A stretch of 63,879 nt of DNA from Paraspadella gotoi (lineage: Eukaryota > Animalia > Chaetognatha). The DNA is taken from positions 10,539,166 to 10,603,044 of the forward strand of contig CM119267.1 in the NCBI GenBank assembly GCA_051294375.1, read 5' to 3'. Position 1 is the stretch's first letter, and each line of letters opens with the position of its first letter. Made by a program: the position numbers and the translations under genes. Of the stretch, positions 50,916-63,879 are shown piece after piece. The notes beneath the pieces were generated by a model. That model was not told the origin of the DNA. It worked only from the letters and a program-made list of their open reading frames with translations, and made no database searches.

Positions 50916-53900
50916 GACAGAGACGACAGAGAATGGGAGAGAGAGAAAGATAGAGAGAGAGGCGAAGAGAGAGAGAGAAGGTCAAAACAACCCTCCACCA
51001 AGACCACCCCTCACTCAAATCCACCTCGTGCGGCACCTCGGTCTCGTGAGGGGATTGTAAACGTCCATGTCGCGATTTTCGTCGAGTTCGAGATCGTAGA
51101 GAAGACGGAGTGCGCGGATGATGAGCGGCTTGACTTCGCGTCGATCTTTGATGAAAGGATGGGACTTGATCTTCTCCATGAACGAATTGTCGGGAATGAG
51201 GCCGAGTCTTTGGGTAAGGTGAGGTAGGAATCACGTGACGTAAGCCGGGACGCATGGATAAATAATCGTGGATATTATCCACTGGATAACGTACTAGAAA
51301 ACCGACGGGCCCCCGCACAAGTTTTGGGGCGGGCCTTTGACCTCGGCTTTATAACTTTATAACTAGACATTATAACTTTAACAAATTCTTAATCTATATT
51401 TCGAACATGTAGCATCTGTTTTTTTTTCTTTTCTTTTTTTTCCTCTTTTTTTTAAATTTTTTTTTAAATTTTGTTCCAATTTTTTCTATTTTTTCCATTT
51501 TCTATTCATCTGTCCCAAGAGCAATTTCCCAGTCGCTCAAGAGGCTCCCTTGACTCCCGCCCATCTCCTCTTTTCACGTCCACTCAACGGCATTGACGAA
51601 TGACGACGACGAAAACGAACCTAACGGTGTTCATGAGCTGCGCGATGTTTTCTATCCTATGTTCCTCGTCGACGGAGATCCACCGGACGATCAACTCGAA
51701 GACGGCCTCTTCGTTCTTCACGTTCAGTTCGTCGTTGCTCAAGAGCTCCACCAATTCGGTCGCGCTCAACTCTAGAACTTCCTCGCTCTCCTTCGCCAGC
51801 TGGAGGGGGCGGCGCGGGGGGGGGGGAGGAATAGTAGAGGTGGAGTTCGACAATTTTCGTTCGTAACGTTTTGTTGGGGGTGTGGGGAAAATAACAGTTT
51901 CGTCTGTTATTGTTTGTTATGTATTGAGTCTCTTTTTTCGTCAACATAGCCTGCCTCTTCAGTATCTTAGCTTAGCCGCTAGGAATTGGTACGTCTTAAT
52001 GAAATTTAAGAAATTCTTGCGACAAAACAAAATAAAACAAAACAAAACTGGCCCTTAGTTTCAATTGTTTTGCTCAAATAATTGTAAACATTCATACGAA
52101 ATCAAAAGTCATGATTTTTCGACAACGAAAAATTAAAAGCTGCCACATAATTTCGGTACGATTTTCTAAAAAATATTGCGAAAAACAATTATAATAAGAG
52201 ATAAATCGATATAAAATCTTCAGGTTTTTCCGCAACTTACGAAGCTATCACCATTTTCATTAATATGTTTAAAAAAAGACTATAATATCTTATTAAGTTT
52301 AAAATATGCAGGAATCCATAGATGAGAGAAGCAAAGGCGTGACGGCCCACGAACCAACCCTGGGACCCCCTCGATTCTAAGGTACCCCTGATGATTTCGG
52401 GAAACCCGTACCATCTCTTCATATTTAGATAATAAAATGTAGTCTAATCGGGATACGAACACTAAAACTAAACTAAATGATACAACGCCATGCGGAAAAA
52501 ATTCTTATTAAATTCAAAACCCATGTTTATTCAAATCTCCAGACCTTAAAACCAACAATCGAACAAGACGAAATCTGAAGTGGACCCAAGTTTTTTCGTC
52601 AAAATTGACTCTTCATAACATTCGAGTCATTAATTGACTGAGATAATTATCTCTTTGCAAAATTTTAATCAAATAAAACGTTTTCTCGACATCATTTGAT
52701 ATTAATAAAACATTTCACTCGAAACTATCAAGGAAGAAGGAAGTAAAAGAAATAAGCAAAAACGGGAATCGAAATCTCGTCTTCCAGTCCACAGAACCGG
52801 GTGCAGCAGTCAAACCCAAAAAAATAAAAAGGAATTTTTCCAATTCTTTTCAAACTAATCCAATATTAAATCCAAGTAATAACTGCTGGTTGGCTTGGAA
52901 CGATGACCCTTGTTTATATATATTTTTAACGTCATTATTATAATAATATTGGTATACTATTATATTATGAAATCGGTACAACCATTATATTATTACTATT
53001 ATACTATTGGTAATATAAAAAGCCCTATCTTCGTGCCAACGGGATACGAACGACTGGAACCGCAATCGAGAAGCCAGGGTTCAACCCAACGGACCACGAA
53101 AGACAGGGTGAATATTGATAGCTGCTTGTCTTACTAAAGTCAAAGAGAAATATACGATGGGTGGAGAAAAAAGGATAGTTTTTCTTAAATGTAAATTTTA
53201 TGCATTTATTGGTGGGCGATCGATATTTTAACAAGTGAAAAAATATTCAAAAGGGGAGCATAACTTTCCGAAAAGTAGAAGCAACTGGCAACTGGCACGG
53301 GTTCCATCTTGAATTCAAGTTATCCTTGATTACTTACGTTTAACGTTATTCCGTTTGAAATCTACAGATATCAGCGTGAAAAATTATAGATGATTAAAAT
53401 GTGCTCCAATCTCTTACAAATAGGAAACGAAAGCGAAAGTATAGGACTCACCCCAACATCAAGAAATCGCCGCCGATAACAGGCGGAAAAAAATACTAAT
53501 TTCAAAAAAGATACCTTAAAGATAAACTTGGACTTTTCGGGCCAAAACAAAAAATTGACATTTTTAACTTTGATATTAACGTATCGAAAACTGCCCGTCT
53601 GCCTTACTAAGTCTCTATACCGCCGTCATTGTCACCGTCACAAAAAAAACCCTAGTCGTCGTCGTCATCGTCGCCGTTATCTTTGTCATGGTCATCGTCG
53701 TCGTCTGCCTAATCCTAAGTAGGAAGGACTTTGACGAAATGGAAGAGAGCGAAGCGCGTCGCTTTTTTCTTCAACTCGAGGCAGGAGTAGTAGGAGGCGA
53801 AGTTTCGAATCCCCAGGCAGTTCTCCACGCTGAGACTGTTCCCCATGAACTCGCAGCACATCGCCACCAACCCTGGAGTCGGGCGGGATAATTTTGAGGG

Positions 53901-55152
53901 TGCGGGGGCGAATGTGGGAGAAGGGAGTTAAAAGGCGATAAATAAGAAGAGAACGGGCGGATTGTCGCTGGGTAGACAAAAGATACAATATTGATGGATG
54001 TACGCACGTACGGACGGACGAACGGACAAAAGGACGAAGACATAGTCGGACAAAGGAAGACTCTCAACGTCTCACCGTCGATATTAAAGAACTCGGCGAC
54101 GGGAAGGACGTTCTGCACGTTGTCAGAGTTGATGTCAACTTCTCGGGTGTAGGCGTAATCGATGACCAACTGCATCATCTCGGGGGACACGCCCGAAATA
54201 TGTACTTGTTTCTACAGATATTTTTAAGGAAGTAATAATAATAGGGTTGAGGTTTTTTAGCCCTAGAAATTCAAATTAAATTTCGACCTTATTTATAAAA
54301 AATAAACTTCTACTAGCCAAAAAACAATCGAAATATTTTGCGTTTACCTCAGATTGAAGGTTTACTGAGGTTTTAACGTTAATATTTGTTAATTTTTGTT
54401 CTTTTTTGTATAAAATTATATCATTACCACGATAGCATGGACGGATGCTCGATAAAAATTAAATAATAATACGAATATATTCTGTTTGCTTTACTTGCTT
54501 TGCCAAATTAGAAATCGACTTTCTTACACATCCTTAATCTCTCACATCGCAATTCTAACTCACCTCCAAATGTAATTGGTTAAAGTTCACCCGGCCCTCA
54601 CCTAACCCACGCGCTCCCATCAAAAATAAACCCCCTAAAACTGACTTCGTTGGTCTCCTTCATCTGATTGGTGAAGAGAGCTCTGAGGTAGGGGCTGCAG
54701 GCGCACATGATAACTCGATGGATGGCGAAGGAGACTTGGGATGCGTCTTGGGCGTCGCAAAGGATTTCCGCGTCGCAGATCATGTTCTTTTCCTATCGAG
54801 GGAGAACCATGGGAATGGGAGGCGAGGGGCGTAGAGAGAGTGGGAGCGCTCTCACCGGCGCGACTCACACGCGCGACTTTACGGTCCGCGATTCACGCCG
54901 CCGAACGTGGAGCGATCGCCTCGGGTGAGGTTGATAACCTTAATGCCTTTCTTCAGGCGACGACACTAACCGCCTCATTTACAACCCCACCCTCAAAACT
55001 GCTGAAGACGATCCCCTACAAAACACTTTTACCTCACCCGTCAGTCGACTCACCTGGAATTCCTTTAGGACGTTGCACGAGCGTTTACTGATCTTTTTTT
55101 CGGCCTGAGCGGGCAGCCCGTTCGCGCAACCGACGCCCAAGCGGCCGCTCAT
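46800..55152 (-). CDS. KLHL10: Kelch-like protein 10 (BTB-BACK-Kelch, Cullin-3 adaptor), 15 exons, with a Ser/Asn-rich tail
   Basis: Exons 55152-55054, 54792-54646 (CDA..FAIHRVIMCACSPYLRALFT), 54211-54076, 53872-53730, 51799-51621, 51207-~51027, 50819-50681 (GGWSGGSPTN..PRAYHG), 50470-50352 (GGFDGMDYFNSVRCF), 50039-49953 (RCYVSVAVL), 49541-49380, 49121-49020 (RRSGV), 48562-48473 (PRSNFAIE), 48100-~48009 (VVDDLMFVIGGFNGVTTIFNVECYD), 47741-47600 (SALSACVV), 47237-46800. Motifs are characteristic of KLHL10. Three apparent 1-nt indels (near 51037, 50803, 48516) are probably sequencing errors. Confidence 0.92.
52964..53099 (-). mobile_element. tRNA-headed SINE-like element sharing its 3' tail with the dispersed repeat family
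   Basis: Minus strand: TCGTGGTCCGTTGG (A-box-like) .. GTTCGTATCCC (B-box-like) .. CACGA closing the stem (53099-53031), then an AT-rich spacer and TGGTTGTACCGATTTCATAA. Not a canonical cloverleaf. Confidence 0.5.
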
Positions 55153-55562
55153 TTTTATTTTTTTCAACGCGTTTCTTACTTAATTTTCGATAAAACAAAA
55201 CTTCATAAGGTCATGATGAAAAAAAAGAGAGTACGTTGATGCTTTGGCGCCGAGCTCTAAGAGCGAATTTTTTCCCCGATAAGCTTAGTGTTTCTGGGTT
55301 TTTCAAGCTTGGCGAGCTTGTCGCCGTGGGACTGCTTTGGGGGGTGAGGCAATATTGTTCTGACCTCTGGGGAAACTTGGCGGTTTTCGGTCAGAACTTC
55401 ACTGCATAATCATCTCTGCGCCTCTTTAAAATCAGTCACCTTAGGTTTGGCTACATTTCGCTCAAATATTTAATTACACGTTACTGTATAAAATCCCCTA
55501 ATGTACAGATTTATTTTAGACTTCAAAAAAGCAATACGGTTTTTTGAATTTCATTGTACAAT

Positions 55563-56747
55563 TTATTGTGTCAGAAGGAAATTGTCTTGGTCTTCGAGTT
55601 GATCTGATAAGCCAGTGTTCATTTGTTGTCCTAGAATGGATGGTGATTTCTCGACATCGTCTCCCTGTCGGAAGACGAGAGTCTCATCCGCAACGCTGCT
55701 CTTTTGTTGACGCTGCAAGTTTCCGTTGAGGATGTAACTCCATGAGAATTCGTCGCCAGACGGCAGAGTCTCCTCGAGTGAGACGGCGGAAGCTTCGTCG
55801 ACAATTTCCAACCACCAGGGTGCCTTACGAAACTCAGATCTGCAGAAAGATCATGGGAACTAGAAGTTATTGATATGCATAAATATCATTGTGCAAACCT
55901 CTATAAATACACACCAACAAACACATTAGACACTAGAGTGGAGAACTGGGGAACATAAATTTTATTTGAGTGAACAAACAAGGATATTTAGACGTGAGAT
56001 AGTATGATTATTGATTAAGGAGTACAAAAAATATTTTGCTTATATTGTTTGGGGAACTGTATTATTAATTACAATATATTTATAGAAATAGCCTTATAAA
56101 ATCATAAATTTTCAAAATAATTTTTTTTAAATTTTTATTAAAGATTCTGATTCTTCATAAAAAGTTGGATCAAAAATATTTCAATGTCTTCCGCGTCAAA
56201 AATGGAAAAAAAAGGTCAAATTCTCCACTTTTTTGGTTTTGAAACGTTTTGGTCATTTTTCGCAGCTTTAACCTAAAAATATCATGTACCATATTTTACA
56301 AAAGTTTTTCAGTTTTTTCTGGCGAATGAGAAACTGTTCTTAAAATTAGAAAAATATTATTTTAAAATTTTATGAATTTATAAGGATATTACTCTAAAAA
56401 AAATTATATTAATGATACTGTTATGCAATTTTTTTTGAATAAAGGCTTAATTATTTTTTATTACATATACAAATGCAATAAAAAAATTTTTTCCATCGCT
56501 CAATCTTTTCATCACTCCACCCTACTACACACTACCCAGAAGACCTTGATATGGCTTCGTCGCCATTCTTGTCGGCCGCGTGAAAACTCTCCTCGACGTT
56601 TTCTGTGGCGCCCGTCACTTTGACGAGTTCGTTGAGGGAAATTTGACCGTCTTTGGGCCAATTGTCGTAGGCCTATTATAAAATAGAAAAAAATATTTTG
56701 CGAATTATTAAATAATCATTTATGCAAGACTTTTATCTCTCTCTCTC

Positions 56748-56791
<44 letters not shown>

Positions 56792-57093
56792 ACCTCGAAA
56801 TCCGGCGGGACGGGAATGGGATGAAAGATCCCGACGTCGTCGATGTCGGGGATGTGACCCACGAAGAGTTTGGAGTCTTCTCCCAAATCCTTCGCCAACA
56901 CCCTCCGCTCTTTGGCCAGCAGCCAGCCCGACGTCTTCGTCCCGTCGCCGCCGATATATTCCGCCGCCCACGCCCTTCGTTGCTTGGTGGGCGTGGCGAT
57001 CGCGTCCTTCCAAGGCTTCACGCTTTTGCCGCCGCCGCCGACGACGGCGAAGGCGGCGATCGTCAGACAAAACAATATCGGAGAAGAACGCAT
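55563..57093 (-). CDS. Secreted double-EF-hand calcium-binding protein, 3 exons, 234 aa
   Basis: Exons 57093-56794, 56672-56545 and 55839-55563 join in frame (705 nt). Signal-peptide-like MRSSPILFCLTIAAFAVVGG; EF loops DNWPKDGQISLNE and DKNGDEAISRSE followed by FRKAPW; acidic tail. Confidence 0.8.
56055..56422. mobile_element. MITE-like element with long imperfect inverted repeats, in intron 2 of the EF-hand gene
   Basis: AACTGTATTATTAAT..CCTTATAAAATCATAAATTTTCAAAATAAT is mirrored by ATTATTTTAAAATTTTATGAATTTTATAAGG..ATTAATGATACTGTT. Shares ATTC.TCATAAAAAGTTG with the 39.0-kb element. Confidence 0.65.
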
Positions 57094-57401
57094 TTTGGAT
57101 TTGTTTTGTTTTTTTCTATTCCTTTGTTTTTATTTATGATTTTTTTTTTTTTTTTTTTACGTAGGGTAAAGAGAGACGCCAAGAGTGTTCTTGTTCTATT
57201 TATCTATTTTTACGTGATGTTTTTATCGAATCTTTCTTGTCAAATTATCAAATTATCCCATCCGCTTTGGCCTTTGATTATTTTTTTTATTTTTTTCTTG
57301 GATTAATTTCTTTTTTTTCTCGTGAGATCTTTATTTTTTCCTAAACTCAAATCTTTTTTGGGAATTTCACCAGAAATTCGATTCTCAAAAATACTTTTTT
57401 T

Positions 57402-61590
<4,189 letters not shown>

Positions 61591-62182
61591 GTCATGATAT
61601 GAGAGAGACCCGTTAAAGCTCAGATGACACTCTTTCAAAAAACATCAAAACGAATGGAACAAAAGATATCAGGACCGGATCGGATTGATAACATGAGAAA
61701 ATAGTGAGAATCCAAAATAAAATCCAACTTTTTTGATGAAAAAACAAAATTATATTAAAAGTCATAAAGGCGAAGAAAGTAAGTCTTTTTACCATAACAC
61801 ATTTAAGTAAAAAAAATATACCAAATATGGTATGTAAGCAACCAAAATTCTGCGGTTTCGTGAAATTTTAACCCACGCCCGAAGTTTGATGTATTAAGAG
61901 AAGTTTTTTAATTTTAGAACGTTTTTTTAAAGCCGGATAAATTAGGTTCACACATAAAAAAAAAATATTCAAAATTGTTTATTGTTTTTTTTTATTTATT
62001 TATTTTTGTTAAGAAAAAATCCGATTTAAACTTTGAGTCTTCAGATGGAGTTTGATAAAGTTGAAAGCGGCCAACGAAGATGTTGACGACGACGACGATA
62101 ACGACGACGACGAAGACGACGACGCAAGACCCCCAAAGGACTTCGAGAAAACTAAAGGGCGGAGACGTAAGATCTAAAACCC

Positions 62183-62300
<118 letters not shown>

Positions 62301-62747
62301 TCATTAGTTGGGTAGAATGAACTAAAATTTTACAGTATTCCTTTTATTACGAGAAACTGAATTTAAAAAAATAGTAAATAATTATTTTAAATAGATCGGT
62401 ACGGTTAAATGATGTGTCTCGAAGTTCAATCATTACTCTTTAAAATTAATCCTATCAATCAGTCTATGTGAAATTCTGTCGGGAATCTCGGTTGAATCTC
62501 ACTTAAAATCGACTCTTATTAACATTATTAAGATAATTATTGTTATTTGTTCATAAAAAAAAAAAATTAAACTAAGGCCTTCGAGTAGGCGCCGCTCGCG
62601 TCGGTCGCGCCCACGATTTAGTCGACGAGCCACTGCGACTCGAAGTCAAGAGGTCACGTGACTCTGAAACTGGTCGCGGATGTCTAAGGCGAAGATCGAA
62701 ACTGACGACATCTTTCCTTCTCCTCCTCTTCCTCTTCCTCCTCCCCC

Positions 62748-63229
62748 TCACTCCTTCTCCTCCCTGCTCCCCACCGACGTCTCCTCGGACGTTTCCTCCG
62801 CCTGCTGAAAGAACTCCACGTTTCCCATCCTGACGACGCGCGATTCGTTGGCCTCCAAACTCGACGCGAGACTTTGCCTCGATCCGCGTCGATCCGCCGT
62901 CGCATCAGCCGCCCCAGCCGCCCCAGCCGCCACCCCGGCCGATTTCCCGGCCAGGATGGATCGATATTCGGCGGGCGTCTCCTCGCTCACGAATCGACTC
63001 CTCGCGTTGTTCGCCCTGTCAAAGTGCGATGCCTTGTCCGCCGCGCCCTCCGAGCGAAAGGTGACGTTGGAACGGATGGATTGACGACTCGGGCTCGCCT
63101 CGAGATACTCGCTGCGTCGATCTTTCGGCCAAATATCCGTGCAGGGAGGAGACGCGCAACAGGTAGTCGTCGGCAGAGTGATCGGGAGCGTCGGGCAACT
63201 GCCGGGGGGGGTGAAATGGGGGGGAGAAA

Positions 63230-63312
<83 letters not shown>

Positions 63313-63766
63313 TGCTCATACCGATTAGCTGACTTAAAATCTTACTCGCTTTACCCACTTTACTAAATCCTCTACCAACTATTATATAACCCGCACCAAC
63401 CTTAGATCATTAACTCGTCACCGACCCAGAGCCCCACCCTTGAATTCCCTCGACCAACCGCCTCGAATCTGACGAGCTTCTCGGTGTAGACGCCTTCGAG
63501 ATGACGATACACGTGATGATCTACGTCGACGAGCACTTCCGGGTAGCGGACGCGGCGAACCGGTTTCGGCTTCATATCCCTTTGATTCGAAGTAAGACGA
63601 GAATGATTAAATCGTCGCTAACCAATAAAATATATATTATCTTTTTAATCAATGGCAATTCTCGAAAGCTTCGCCGCGAGCTACACTACCTCATGACGGC
63701 CGTCTCGACGGTTTCGCCGAACATAAATTCTTCGTACTCTTTCCTCGCTTCCTCCTCGCGGAGTTC
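62748..63766 (-). CDS. 3' exons of an unidentified gene entering from the right edge
   Basis: Exons 63766-63690 (ELREEEARKEYEEFMFGETVETAVMR), 63579-63459 (DMKPKPVRRVRYPEVLVDVDHHVYRHLEGVYTEKLVRFEA) and 63198 onward join in phase. The last exon either stops near 63019 or, with one indel, continues to 62748. Confidence 0.65.
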
Positions 63767-63879
63767 CTGGGAAACGAGGAAAGAACAAATGAACAAGGTC
63801 TGAAAATATAGAAAAAATAACTAAAATTAACTAAAAATTTATAACAACTATTACAAAAAATATTTTACTACTCTTGAGA

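Noticed and set aside
53031-53099. Functional tRNA gene (also a fragment at ~52760-52815)
   Set aside because: D and anticodon arms do not form properly; better explained as SINE heads.
46800-55152. KLHL10, LRRC43 or FCHSD as pseudogenes or programmed frameshifts
   Set aside because: Indels fall in short homopolymers, and for duplicated exons they differ between copies, indicating sequencing error.
56794-56990. Proprotein-convertase (S8) prodomain resemblance (WAAEYIGG..FVGHIP)
   Set aside because: Only a loose impression; downstream exons encode EF-hands and no subtilase domain follows.

Overview
Eukaryotic (invertebrate animal) genomic scaffold with GC/CpG-rich exons, AT-rich introns, many (GA/CT)n tracts, N gaps and frequent single-base indels typical of under-polished long reads. 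The six-frame ORF track is mostly uninformative because the genes are spliced. By hand I reconstructed four genes: an FCHSD/Nervous-wreck F-BAR + 2xSH3 gene (+), LRRC43 (-), a 15-exon KLHL10 (-), and a 3-exon secreted double-EF-hand protein (-). There is also a U2 snRNA gene (+), the 3' end of an unidentified gene at the right edge, and several small non-autonomous transposons. The first 37 kb is dominated by three near-identical duplications (one inverted, two tandem) that are more likely haplotype or gap-filling artefacts than biology. The best candidates for something new are: (i) very degenerate splice sites paired with G/GA-rich intron 5' ends and C/CT-rich 3' ends, suggesting structure-assisted splicing; (ii) two alternative FCHSD C-termini, one with DPW/FxDxF motifs and one Pro-rich with a PDZ-binding end; (iii) a secreted protein with a SPARC-type EF-hand loop; (iv) a polymorphic TTAA-flanked element whose empty site is also visible. 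Gene names come from recalled similarity to vertebrate proteins, not from a database search. No prokaryotic systems or CRISPR arrays are present.
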